Shown here: one piece after another, positions 38,426 to 48,014 of the stretch | How the letters are laid out: each line of letters opens with the position of its first letter | How positions within the stretch are numbered: position 1 is the stretch's first letter | IMG/VR virus record: IMGVR_UViG_3300008012_000037 | Coordinates: 1-52,862 of that record | DNA from: a virus | Taxonomy: Duplodnaviria; Caudoviricetes | Reading direction: 5' to 3' (one strand) | DNA length: 52,862 nucleotides | Notes under the pieces: generated by a model | What the model saw: the letters and a program-made list of their open reading frames with translations, nothing else | Database searches by the model: none | Told to the model about the DNA's origin: nothing | Position numbers and translations under genes: made by a program

Positions 38426-38792
38426 GACGTCTCATTAACTGAATTGTTCTACGCTTTATTCTTTTCTTTGCAATTTCATCTAATCTAACCACAGGACCGT
38501 GCTTTATCACGATGTCTTTTGTGGCCAGTGTAACCAAAGTGTGCCTGAAATACACAAAGTCTTTCTTTAAGAATATGTTGATGGGTATTTTTCTATTGGA
38601 TTCCCACCACCAAGTTTCGCCCATCTTCAAAAATGTTGCTTTGTCTTGCGGCATCATTATACGACCGTAGTCGTAAAAACTTGTGACTTGATTGTCTTGA
38701 TTCTGCACTATGCCCACAAATTCTAAATCGCCCTTTTGTATAAGCGACAGGAATGGGAATTTCTTGCCCAGTTTATCAAAAATTTCGTTCAT
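38418..38792 (-). CDS. Hypothetical protein
   Basis: FPFLS..., GETWWWESNRKIPINIFL; basic C-terminus; start probably MNEIF at 38792. Confidence 0.75.
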   Translation of the reverse strand: MNEIFDKLGKKFPFLSLIQKGDLEFVGIVQNQDNQVTSFYDYGRIMMPQDKATFLKMGETWWWESNRKIPINIFLKKDFVYFRHTLVTLATKDIVIKHGPVVRLDEIAKKRIKRRTIQLMRRPT

Positions 38793-38825
38793 CAGTAATC
38801 CAATAAATACTGTTAAATATGTATT

Positions 38826-39611
38826 ATGCAAACAGTAACAAGGTATTTAATATCAAATGGTATAATCGTTTACCAAAACGGTTATCATGGAAGGAACTCA
38901 AAAGTGTACGATAGGCGCCTAAGATTATATAGGGGAGTAAGAAATCCAATAACTTTTACTTTCAAAAACGAAGATCAAAAGAGGCAAAATGTTGTTGGCA
39001 AAACATATCAGTTCAACATAATAGATACAGAATCAAAAAAAGCAGTTTTACAACGTAATTTAACCATTCTAGACGATGGTTCCACAATAAGCACCAAAGG
39101 AAACGCCCAGATCGAAATCACAGACGGTGACCTGTTGGATCTTGAAAACAAATTTTATGAGTACAGCATCAACGAGATCAAAACAGACGGTAGCACCCTA
39201 GTCACTTACGCAGACACAAGTTACGTGAGTTCAGGCACAATAGAATTGCTGGATGGGGCATATCCCCAATTTTTACCCAGTACCGAGATAACTTCTTTTA
39301 CCGGTACCACAGGACCTTTAGCAAAGACTTCATCAGCGATCAATGCCTATCCAGGAAAGAACAATAATTTGGCTCTGCATACTGCGGCGATCTATACCAC
39401 AGGTTTTGCGGGCAGAGTAAAAATACAAGGCACAATGGTTTCCACTAGTCCGGTTGACGCAGACTATTTTGACATAGCAAATGTTGATATCAGTGCTTCG
39501 GATTCGGTGGTATATCAAAATTTCAATGGTGTATATCAAAACGTAAGATTCAGTTACGGAAACTCTTCTGGTAATACCGGAACACTTGACAAAATACTCT
39601 ATAGACAGTAA
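38826..39611 (+). CDS. Putative virion structural (beta-sandwich) protein
   Basis: Thr/Ser-rich beta pattern; TAAATA 6 nt upstream. Confidence 0.6.
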   Translation: MQTVTRYLISNGIIVYQNGYHGRNSKVYDRRLRLYRGVRNPITFTFKNEDQKRQNVVGKTYQFNIIDTESKKAVLQRNLTILDDGSTISTKGNAQIEITDGDLLDLENKFYEYSINEIKTDGSTLVTYADTSYVSSGTIELLDGAYPQFLPSTEITSFTGTTGPLAKTSSAINAYPGKNNNLALHTAAIYTTGFAGRVKIQGTMVSTSPVDADYFDIANVDISASDSVVYQNFNGVYQNVRFSYGNSSGNTGTLDKILYRQ

Positions 39612-39614
39612 AAT
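39586..39614 (+). promoter_or_regulatory. Sigma70-like promoter of primase-helicase
   Basis: TTGACA-17 bp-TAAAAT, ATG 7 nt downstream. Confidence 0.7.
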
Positions 39615-39621
39615 ATAAGAT

Positions 39622-40635
39622 ATGAATCTAATTCAGTCGACTATTCTGACTTCTTTGCCTGCCGGCAAGAAAAAGACACCAAGTGGATGGACGTCATTCA
39701 ATGCTCCTTGTTGTGTGTACAACGGAGAGTCCCCTGACAAAAGAAAAAGAGGTGGAATAATGACCACGGCCGACGGCACTCTAAGTTATCACTGTTTTAA
39801 CTGCGGATACAAGGCCAGTTATATCATTGGTAGGAAACTGACAGCCAGGATGAGACAACTAATGAGTTGGTTGGGCATATCAGATGATGTTATCAAAAAA
39901 TTAGCCATAGAAGCGATGCGACATGAAGAATCAGATACCAAATATGAAAAAAAGAAATTTGTTGATTTCAAAAAAAAATCTTTGCCAAAAAATTCTCACA
40001 AACTTGATTTTTGGTTGGAAAAATATGTAGCACAAGATCTAACAGAACCACAATACAAAAAAATAGATGGTTTATTGAATTATCTGAAATCCAGAGGTAT
40101 TCAACCAGACTGGTATGATTTCTTGTATTCTCCAGACTCAAATTTTGATATTAACAAAAGAATTTTAATTCCGTTTTATTGGAAAGGAGATATTGTAGGA
40201 TACACAGGCAGGCTTTTTGAAAATTCAGACAAAATAAAATACTACACAGATGTACAGCCAGGTTATGTGTTCAATCTAGATGCACAAGACTGGTCACGTA
40301 AATTTGTAATTGTCACAGAAGGACCTTTTGATGCTTTAACCATTTCGGGTGTCAGTATATTGGGTTCTGAGGTAAATGATACACAAAAGGACCTTATAAA
40401 CAGTTTGAACAGGCAGGTAATTGTTGTACCAGATAGAGATGCTCCGGGAGAGAAACTCATAGACCAGGCACTAGAGTTTGGTTGGAGTGTTGCTTTTCCA
40501 GAATGGCAAAAAGGTGTTGATGACGTGGCCGATGCTGTGTTAAAATACGGAAGACTGTTTGTTATACAAAGTATTTTAAAAACAACAGAGTCCAATAAAC
40601 TAAAAATTGATCTAAAAAGAAAGATGTATGGCTGA
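39622..40635 (+). CDS. DNA primase (gp61-like)
   Basis: Zn-binding PCC...YHCFNCG, YLKSRG, RILIPF, TOPRIM EGPFDA, PDRD. Confidence 0.92.
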   Translation: MNLIQSTILTSLPAGKKKTPSGWTSFNAPCCVYNGESPDKRKRGGIMTTADGTLSYHCFNCGYKASYIIGRKLTARMRQLMSWLGISDDVIKKLAIEAMRHEESDTKYEKKKFVDFKKKSLPKNSHKLDFWLEKYVAQDLTEPQYKKIDGLLNYLKSRGIQPDWYDFLYSPDSNFDINKRILIPFYWKGDIVGYTGRLFENSDKIKYYTDVQPGYVFNLDAQDWSRKFVIVTEGPFDALTISGVSILGSEVNDTQKDLINSLNRQVIVVPDRDAPGEKLIDQALEFGWSVAFPEWQKGVDDVADAVLKYGRLFVIQSILKTTESNKLKIDLKRKMYG

Positions 40636-42070
40636 TTATAGTTTCGATGTACAAAAATTATATTTAGAAATGTTTTTGGCTGACGCCGAATCATTTGCTA
40701 GAGCACAGAATATTTTTGAGCCAACGAGTTTTGACAGAAAACTGCAACCAATCGCAAATTTTGTAAAAGAATATTCCGAGGAATACAAGGTAATGCCTGA
40801 TGTAGAACAAGTGAATGCCAAACACGAGATCAAGTTGAAATCAGCAAAAGATCTAGATCCTTCGCATTTCAGTTGGTTGCTAGACGAGTTTGAAACATTT
40901 GCGAGACACAAAGCAATGGAAAAGGCAATATTAGAATCGGCAGATTTGCTGGAACGTGGCGATTACAATCCTGTAGAAGACAAAATTAAACAAGCAGTTA
41001 GCATAAGTCTAACCAAGGACTTGGGTACTGATTACTTTGAGGATCCGAGAGCAAGATTAGAGGCACTTAAAAATTCAAACGGTCAGGTAAGCACAGGATG
41101 GCCCAATGTCGACAAAAAACTTTACGGTGGTTTCAACAGAGGTGAACTGAACATATTTGCAGGTGGTTCTGGAGCAGGAAAAAGTTTGTTTTTACAAAAC
41201 CTGGCAGTGAACTGGGCATCAGCGGGATTGAACTGTGTGTATGTGTCTTTTGAGTTAAGTGAGGCGTTGTGTGCCATGAGATTAGATTCAATGATGGCAA
41301 ACATTCCTACAAAGCAAGTCATGAAAGACATAGACAATGTTGAAATGAAAGTGAAAATGATGGGCAAACAGTCAGGAGGTATACAAATCAAATATATCCC
41401 TTCGGGCAGTAATGTAAACGACATAAAGGCATACATCAAAGAACTACAATTGAAGCAAAAGAAAAAGATAGACTGCATACTGATCGATTACTTGGATTTA
41501 ATGATGCCAAAAAGTAAAAAAATATCACCTGCTGATTTGTTCATAAAAGACAAATATGTTTCGGAAGAACTGAGAAACTTCGCAACTGAATCACAAATGA
41601 TAATGGCAACTGCATCACAGTTGAACAGGGCATCCGTTGAGGAGATTGAGTTTGATCACTCTCACATCTCTGGTGGTTTGTCAAAAGTACAGACAGCGGA
41701 CAACGTGATTGGTATATTCACATCGAGAGCGATGAAAGAACGTGGCAGATATCAGATACAGTTTATGAAAACTAGATCGAGTTCGGGAGTTGGCCAAAAG
41801 GTAGATTTGGAATTTGACGTGGACACACTGAGAATAAGAGACCTAGCAGAAGACCCAGAATATCAACAGTTCAAGAAACAGACAAGCACGATATACGATA
41901 ATCTAAAAACAAAAAGCAAAGTATCACCATCTGAACAAAAAACTGATGCGAGAGACAGTAAAGAAATTGATCCGAGAAAAGGCGACGATATCGGCAAAGT
42001 CAAAGCCACAGTGGAGGGTGGCAAACTGAGACAACTGCTCAACGAGTTACACTCAGATGAAGAACAGTAA
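40628..42070 (+). CDS. Replicative DnaB-like helicase (gp41-like)
   Basis: STGW...D, GGSGAGKS, SFELSE, IDYLDLM, TASQLNR, MKTR. Confidence 0.95.
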   Translation: MADYSFDVQKLYLEMFLADAESFARAQNIFEPTSFDRKLQPIANFVKEYSEEYKVMPDVEQVNAKHEIKLKSAKDLDPSHFSWLLDEFETFARHKAMEKAILESADLLERGDYNPVEDKIKQAVSISLTKDLGTDYFEDPRARLEALKNSNGQVSTGWPNVDKKLYGGFNRGELNIFAGGSGAGKSLFLQNLAVNWASAGLNCVYVSFELSEALCAMRLDSMMANIPTKQVMKDIDNVEMKVKMMGKQSGGIQIKYIPSGSNVNDIKAYIKELQLKQKKKIDCILIDYLDLMMPKSKKISPADLFIKDKYVSEELRNFATESQMIMATASQLNRASVEEIEFDHSHISGGLSKVQTADNVIGIFTSRAMKERGRYQIQFMKTRSSSGVGQKVDLEFDVDTLRIRDLAEDPEYQQFKKQTSTIYDNLKTKSKVSPSEQKTDARDSKEIDPRKGDDIGKVKATVEGGKLRQLLNELHSDEEQ

Positions 42071-42087
42071 CGACATAGAATACATAT

Positions 42088-42807
42088 ATGAAGAAATGTA
42101 TAGTTCAATATTGGATTCCAGCCGACAAATATTCACAGCCGGATTACAACAAGTTGTTACGGAACCAGCCACTTCACGAAATCAGTTCAAGAAGTTTTAT
42201 AAAATATTGTGCAAAATACAATATTGATTATATCGAAATCAACGAACCCAAGATCAATTGGATACATCCAACATTTGAAAGATTTGATTTATGGCTAGAC
42301 GAGGAATGGTGGCAAAAATATGATCAAATACTATATGCAGACAGTGATATATTCGCTATGCCATGGGCACCAGACATATTCGAGATGTATCCAGATAACG
42401 ACACGTTCAAGTATTGCCATTTCTCAAAAATAGAAAATGCGGAGACGCAAGAACATTTTGATACATTCTATCACGGTTTGCTGAAAAAAGAGTGCAGTTT
42501 GGAAGATGTGCGTGAAAAAGGATTTCAGCCTGGTCTCTTTATTCTGACCAAAAAATCTAGAGACGTGATGAGACCATGGATAGAAAAATTCAAAGAGATA
42601 GGCAATGCTCACGACGGCGAAATCCTAAACTGGGCAAATATCAAAAGTAATGTAAAGATAACCAAAATGGACGAGTGGTTCAATTACAAAAATGCACATT
42701 TCAGGAGAAAACCAAAAATATATTTTTTTCATGCCGCGGGCAATAAGAAAGGAAAATCAGAGAGCCAGGAGGGTATACGAGAGTATCTAAAAAAACATGG
42801 AGTTTAA
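42088..42807 (+). CDS. Glycosyltransferase (GT-A, GT8/GT34-like)
   Basis: YDQILYADSDI, FQPGL, FFHAAG. Confidence 0.75.
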   Translation: MKKCIVQYWIPADKYSQPDYNKLLRNQPLHEISSRSFIKYCAKYNIDYIEINEPKINWIHPTFERFDLWLDEEWWQKYDQILYADSDIFAMPWAPDIFEMYPDNDTFKYCHFSKIENAETQEHFDTFYHGLLKKECSLEDVREKGFQPGLFILTKKSRDVMRPWIEKFKEIGNAHDGEILNWANIKSNVKITKMDEWFNYKNAHFRRKPKIYFFHAAGNKKGKSESQEGIREYLKKHGV

Positions 42808-43456
42808 GACATACGGATGCAGTTACACGGAATATCAATGGCCCACTTGGACTCATTGGTTAGAGCACGATAACAAAGTAAAAAGATACGGAGTACCCGG
42901 ATGGGGCAACGAGGATATTGCTAGATCTTTGATTTTGAATTGTGACACAAAGTCTACACAGGTTGTGATGTGGTCGGCTTTTGATCGTGTGAGCAGAGAT
43001 GCCAACAAAAAATGGCCATATGTGGGCGAAGGAAAATATACAGGTTCGGACTACAATAAAGAACGCCTGTTATCAAGAACATACGAACAGATCTATCTTG
43101 CTAATCGTTATTGTGCCGACAACAACATAAAGATATTCAATTTCACTGCCTTTCCTTTGGAACTTGGAGAAGATACCGAACTTCACAAAATAAAACACCC
43201 TTTGAAAAAAGATATGCCAACAATGCCTATTAGTTTTGCGGAGTTTTGTTTGGATCATCATGCCCTGCACCCAAACATCAAAGACAGACACCCCACAGTG
43301 TATCAGCACCTCAAATATTATAATGACGTGATGTGTCCTGTACTAGATACCAAAACTGTAGATAAAGATATATCAGAACAAGAATTATATTATTCAAAAT
43401 TAGAAACAAAATCAAATTGGAAAACCTACAGTGGTCCAATAAATTTTATTAAATAG
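42797..43456 (+). CDS. SGNH-like hypothetical protein
   Basis: YGCSYT...WPTW, G.GN..I, DRHP...H. Confidence 0.6.
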   Translation: MEFKTYGCSYTEYQWPTWTHWLEHDNKVKRYGVPGWGNEDIARSLILNCDTKSTQVVMWSAFDRVSRDANKKWPYVGEGKYTGSDYNKERLLSRTYEQIYLANRYCADNNIKIFNFTAFPLELGEDTELHKIKHPLKKDMPTMPISFAEFCLDHHALHPNIKDRHPTVYQHLKYYNDVMCPVLDTKTVDKDISEQELYYSKLETKSNWKTYSGPINFIK

Positions 43457-43461
43457 AAAAA

Positions 43462-44004
43462 ATGATATCAGTAAAAGAACTTTACAACAAACAAGAACAT
43501 CAATCAGACAAAGGTGACAAACACAGTTACATAGACAAATACTACGACCCAACATTTACTCCATTAAAAAACAAAGTCAAAAAAATTTGTGAAATTGGAA
43601 TACTAAAAGGCAGTAGCATGAAACTTTGGTATGAGTTTTTTGATGATGCCGAAATACACGGAGTTGACAAGAAATTAAGATGGTTCGAATATGATCATAA
43701 ATCATATCTTGATAGATGTAGATTACATATAGGAAGATCAGATGACACCAAAACTTGGAAACAGATTCCAAAAGATTTTGACATAATTATCGACGACGGA
43801 CACCACGAATATCAAACACAGGCAGACACTTTTCAAATTGCCTGGGAACATCTAAAATCCGGAGGAATATACGTGATCGAAGATCCCGTCGACATAGACA
43901 GAGACAAATCAAGATTTGAAGCACTGCATCCTAGTTGCGAAATTCACGATTTTAGATCTATCAGCAACGTATTCGATGATGTGATAATTCAATACATCAA
44001 GTGA
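43462..44004 (+). CDS. Class I SAM-dependent methyltransferase
   Basis: SDKG..HSY...Y, EIGI..G.S, FDIIIDDGHH, GGIYVIED. Confidence 0.9.
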   Translation: MISVKELYNKQEHQSDKGDKHSYIDKYYDPTFTPLKNKVKKICEIGILKGSSMKLWYEFFDDAEIHGVDKKLRWFEYDHKSYLDRCRLHIGRSDDTKTWKQIPKDFDIIIDDGHHEYQTQADTFQIAWEHLKSGGIYVIEDPVDIDRDKSRFEALHPSCEIHDFRSISNVFDDVIIQYIK

Positions 44005-44570
44005 TGGCTTACAGGGCACTGGACAAAATAACTTTCGTTCACATTGCCAAATGTGGCGGCAATGGTATAGCAGATTGGATAAGAAAATCTGAATATCAAT
44101 ACAGCGGAATGACCCATGAAGTTCCTGGCAAACTACCAACTAAATGGCAAGACGATCTTTTTTGTGTTGTTCGCAATCCATGGAGCAGAGTAGTAAGTTT
44201 TTATACCTATTTCAAAAAGACCTGGAACAAACACAACAAGTCAAAATATTTAAAAGTCTTAGACAAGGGATTTGAGCATTTTGTGATGAACTGTGAAGAC
44301 TGGCATCCCGAAATAGATCCCAGCATAGGACTGCCCTGGAACAAACAACTTTGTTCATTGTATTGTCATGAAAATATGAGATATCTTAGACTTGAAAATT
44401 TCTCTAAAGATTTTGAACAAATAAAAAAAATTTGTAATCGTACTGACAACCCTGTCTGGATGAACAAATCAAATACAGAATCTTATCAATCGTTCTATAA
44501 TGATAGAACAATTAACCGTGTTGGTGAGATTTTTGAAGAAGATATAAAAAGATTTAATTACTCCTATTAA
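44001..44570 (+). CDS. Sulfotransferase family 2
   Basis: FVHIAKCGG (5'-PSB), VVRNPWSRVVSFY (3'-PB), EDIKRFNY. Confidence 0.88.
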   Translation: MMAYRALDKITFVHIAKCGGNGIADWIRKSEYQYSGMTHEVPGKLPTKWQDDLFCVVRNPWSRVVSFYTYFKKTWNKHNKSKYLKVLDKGFEHFVMNCEDWHPEIDPSIGLPWNKQLCSLYCHENMRYLRLENFSKDFEQIKKICNRTDNPVWMNKSNTESYQSFYNDRTINRVGEIFEEDIKRFNYSY

Positions 44571-44653
44571 AAAATCTAATACCAAAATATACGTAGATAA
44601 ATAGTGCCTGTATAAAAAGAAATACAGACATTCCAAAAAACAAATTAAGACTC

Positions 44654-44683
44654 TTGACAAATTAATCAAATACACGTTACAAT
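44654..44683 (+). promoter_or_regulatory. Sigma70-like promoter of the porin gene
   Basis: TTGACA-18 bp-TACAAT. Confidence 0.6.
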
Positions 44684-44735
44684 AGACAGAATTTGTGTAT
44701 GGTAATAAAATTACCACACAAAGATAAGGAGAAAT

Positions 44736-45680
44736 ATGAAAATAACAAAGAAAAAAACAGGATTGGTTGTTGCGATAATCGTAGCAATTGGAATCTTATG
44801 GGCAGTATTAAAACCTGCTCCGGCCGAGGCATCCGAAGTGGATGTTGACATTTATGGTTCTTTGAACTACATGATCAGCAACAACGAAGATGACAGTGGC
44901 GTTTCTACTTCAAAAGCGGAAAACAACGGATCGAGCATTGGTGCTAATTTCAGTAGCAGTATTTCAGAAGGTGTTAACGGATTCGCAACTATTGAAGTAG
45001 ATGTAGATGCGGACGACTCGGGATCTAGTCCCTTTGATTCAAAACTGGCATTCGCTGGTGTTGACATGGGCGACATGGGTATTGTGTCTGTTGGAAGACA
45101 GAACTCGGTATTCAAAGGTGCTGTGACATCTAAAACAGATGTGTTTCCAGAATACGGAAATAATGCATCTCAAAAGTTGTTCAGCAGAGACTCACACACA
45201 GCAGTTTATTCTAACAACTTTGGTGCTGTCAAAATTGACAACATGATCAAAGTAGATGGAACTACTGGAAAATCTGGTGTTGACGTTTTTGAAACAGCCG
45301 CATCTTTAGATTTGAGTGACACCCTAAATTTAGGTATTGCCTACTCGGACGACAAAGTAAATCAAATACAGTACACAGGTGCTGGAATTACTTTTGACAT
45401 ATCTGAAGCAACTACTTTGGGTTACGCACACACAATCAAGGACACGGAAACCACCAATCTTACCACATCTGCCAATGAGATAGTAGCAAGTCATATAATT
45501 GACAACACTACATACTCGGTCGGATACGGCAAGATTGAGGACGGTGCCGCCTACACAACAGTTGGAGCCGAAAAGAAAATTGGCGAAAACTTTAGCGTAT
45601 ATGGCGCTTTCGAAATGACCGACCCAGCGTCTGGCGTTGACACGCAGGATGCCGCGGCAGGAATCAAGTTTACATTCTAA
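44736..45680 (+). CDS. Gram-negative outer-membrane porin
   Basis: Signal peptide ending AEA, IYGSL, S.IG, AFAGV..MG.VSVGRQ, alternating beta strands, C-terminal GIKFTF; AGGAG SD. Confidence 0.88.
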   Translation: MKITKKKTGLVVAIIVAIGILWAVLKPAPAEASEVDVDIYGSLNYMISNNEDDSGVSTSKAENNGSSIGANFSSSISEGVNGFATIEVDVDADDSGSSPFDSKLAFAGVDMGDMGIVSVGRQNSVFKGAVTSKTDVFPEYGNNASQKLFSRDSHTAVYSNNFGAVKIDNMIKVDGTTGKSGVDVFETAASLDLSDTLNLGIAYSDDKVNQIQYTGAGITFDISEATTLGYAHTIKDTETTNLTTSANEIVASHIIDNTTYSVGYGKIEDGAAYTTVGAEKKIGENFSVYGAFEMTDPASGVDTQDAAAGIKFTF

Positions 45681-45760
45681 TCATTGATCCATTTTGTTTG
45701 CCTATAATTCCTTGGGTGATAAGTAAAATTGCTCAAGGCAAATATAGGCAAACATAGGCA

Positions 45761-47452
45761 ATGAAAGATAAAGAACTGAACGACATAACCAGGCTGTACG
45801 ATAGATTCATCAGGCAATGCCCAGGCACAGAAGAATACACCCAGAGGCTCGCTGAAGAGACTCGTATCATCCTACAACTACGTTTCGTAGATTACTTCAT
45901 ACAAATATGTGACATCATAAAACTCACCAGAGACATACCTCACATGACCAGAGGTTCCGCTGGTAGTTCGTTGGTCTGCTACTTGCTTGGCATAACTGAT
46001 GTGGATCCTGTGGAGTGGGGCATACCCATTGCACGATTTTTGAATCCAAACAGAGACGATCTACCAGATGTGGATATTGATTTTCCCCACCACAGTCAGG
46101 AAGAAGTCATGAAAAGGATATTCAAAAAGTGGCCGGGAAGTTCTGCACGAATTTCTAACTACGTGCTCTTTAAAGAAAAAAGTGCTAAACGAGAAGCGGC
46201 AAAAAGATTGGGTGCGAAAGGTAAACTCCCTCGCAGGTTCACATACGAGTCAGTTGGTGTTGATCCCACTGAAGCAAAAAGGATTGAACAAAAACTGATG
46301 GGCAAGAAGAGATGCATATCAAAACACTGCGGAGGAATACTGATGTTTCAAAGACAACTACCAAAAAGCCTGTTCACGGCGGAAAACCAAATACTACTAG
46401 ACAAGAACGAAGTGGAGGACTTGGAACACCTCAAGGTGGACATTTTGGCAAATAGAGGACTATCTCAACTGCTGGAAGTAGACCCCGTGACCAAATTAAC
46501 CGAGTATCCTGAAGAAGATAAAGAGACAGCGGAACTATTATGTAGGGGCGACGTGCTGGGAGTCACACAGGCAGAATCCCCGGCAATGAGGAGACTGTTT
46601 CGTGCCATACAACCAAAGTCAATGAAAGATTGTGTGTTCGCAACAGCATTGATAAGACCAGTGGCTGTGTCAGGAAGGAAAAAGGCAACAATGTTTCACG
46701 ACTGGTCAAAGGAAAGAATGGAAGACACTATAGTATATGAAGACGATGCCATTGACAGAATATCCGAGGTGCTGGGTATTGACAAATACGAGGCAGACAA
46801 ATACAGGAGAGCATTCGCAAAAAAAAATGAAGAAAAAATCTTAGAGTTTACAACAAGACTTGGCAATCACCCAAGAAAAAATTCAATAATAGAAATGTTA
46901 CAAGGACTGTCTGGGTTTGGTTTGTGCAGAGCTCACGCCATAAATCTAGGAAGATTGATCTGGGCTCTAGCCTATCAAAAAGCACATAACAAAAAAAAGT
47001 TCTGGGAGGCGTGTCTTAAACATTGTCATGGATCATATAGACGTTGGGTTTACAGAATTGAAGCAAAAAGAGTAGGAATAGATGTAGTCACACCATCAAA
47101 CTCGGATAAATGGGACACACCGGATTTTCAATATAGGAAATATGGTTGGTGGAGTTCAAAAAACTTTATGCCAGGTATGTATGTAAGAGAACTCTACATG
47201 GACAAAGTTGAATTTGCAGGACTGATAGCAAACGGCAGAGTGTTTAGAGGAGACAAAGGCAAGTATGTAACATTTTTGACACTTGGTGTTGGTAATGGAA
47301 AATATATAGATGTCACAATAAAGAAACCATTTTCCTATCACGATCATGACGTGGTCTGGGGACAAGGAATAATAAGACAATCAAACAATTCCGAATATCT
47401 TGATGTATATGATGCAAAAGGATTTACACTTGAAAAATATCAAAAATTATAA
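45761..47452 (+). CDS. dnaE: Compact DNA polymerase III alpha-like (family C) polymerase lacking the PHP domain
   Basis: RGSAGSSLVCYLLGITDVDP, RFLNPNR..LPDVDIDF, KHCGG, KVDIL, QAESPAM, ALIRP, ADKYRRAFAKK, FGLCRAHA, C-terminal OB-like segment. Confidence 0.9.
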   Translation: MKDKELNDITRLYDRFIRQCPGTEEYTQRLAEETRIILQLRFVDYFIQICDIIKLTRDIPHMTRGSAGSSLVCYLLGITDVDPVEWGIPIARFLNPNRDDLPDVDIDFPHHSQEEVMKRIFKKWPGSSARISNYVLFKEKSAKREAAKRLGAKGKLPRRFTYESVGVDPTEAKRIEQKLMGKKRCISKHCGGILMFQRQLPKSLFTAENQILLDKNEVEDLEHLKVDILANRGLSQLLEVDPVTKLTEYPEEDKETAELLCRGDVLGVTQAESPAMRRLFRAIQPKSMKDCVFATALIRPVAVSGRKKATMFHDWSKERMEDTIVYEDDAIDRISEVLGIDKYEADKYRRAFAKKNEEKILEFTTRLGNHPRKNSIIEMLQGLSGFGLCRAHAINLGRLIWALAYQKAHNKKKFWEACLKHCHGSYRRWVYRIEAKRVGIDVVTPSNSDKWDTPDFQYRKYGWWSSKNFMPGMYVRELYMDKVEFAGLIANGRVFRGDKGKYVTFLTLGVGNGKYIDVTIKKPFSYHDHDVVWGQGIIRQSNNSEYLDVYDAKGFTLEKYQKL

Positions 47453-47469
47453 TATAATTGAAAGTATCT

Positions 47470-47784
47470 ATGCCCTACGTTGTAAATGATAAATGCATAT
47501 TGTGTAAACACACAGATTGTGTAGAAGTATGCCCGGTAGACTGCTTCTACGAAGGTGAAAATATGTTGGTTATAAATCCAGACGAATGCATAGACTGTGG
47601 CGTGTGTGAACCGGAGTGTCCGGTGGATGCTATTGAACCCCTGGACAGTGGTGAATTAGTTGAATTCAACAGGACCTGGTCAAACAAATGGCCAAATATC
47701 ACACAAAAAAAGGATGCATTGCCGGAAGCAGAAAAATATGCCAACGAAACAAATAAACTAGAAAAATATTTTAAAAACAAATGA
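47470..47784 (+). CDS. fdxA: 7Fe/8Fe ferredoxin (FdxA type)
   Basis: [43 protein letters not shown]. Confidence 0.95.
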   Translation: MPYVVNDKCILCKHTDCVEVCPVDCFYEGENMLVINPDECIDCGVCEPECPVDAIEPLDSGELVEFNRTWSNKWPNITQKKDALPEAEKYANETNKLEKYFKNK

Positions 47785-48014
47785 GTGAATTCAAAAACGG
47801 AATTTTTCAAACATTCAGGACCTTGATGAAATCCAGTTCTTTGGGTCTTGCGGTGATCTATACACTGGGTCACATCTGCATCGCCATGGCAGTGGTTTAC
47901 TATTTTACAGGTTCTAGCCTTTGGGAGGCCGGCCTAGTGGCTTTGGTTGAACCGTCAATAAATGGAATTTGGTTCTACATCCTTCATCGATGTTGGACAA
48001 CATTCAATGACTGA
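47781..48014 (+). CDS. DUF2061-like small membrane protein
   Basis: Two hydrophobic helices; TG...A..VALVEP.IN.IWFYILH..W. Confidence 0.7.
   Translation: MSEFKNGIFQTFRTLMKSSSLGLAVIYTLGHICIAMAVVYYFTGSSLWEAGLVALVEPSINGIWFYILHRCWTTFND

Noticed and set aside
44598-44690. Short basic frame LYKKKYRHSKKQIKTLDKLIKYTLQ after a TAAATA
   Set aside because: No ATG or GTG start (only CTG) and it overlaps the porin promoter; insufficient support
45695-45754. Hairpin after the porin gene as an intrinsic terminator
   Set aside because: No U-tract follows it on either strand and it abuts the dnaE start; kept as a regulatory candidate instead
37708-47452. The two DnaE-like genes as halves of a split or trans-spliced polymerase
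   Set aside because: Both contain the same PDVDIDF, KxD and HA motifs, so they overlap rather than complement each other; no intein termini are visible
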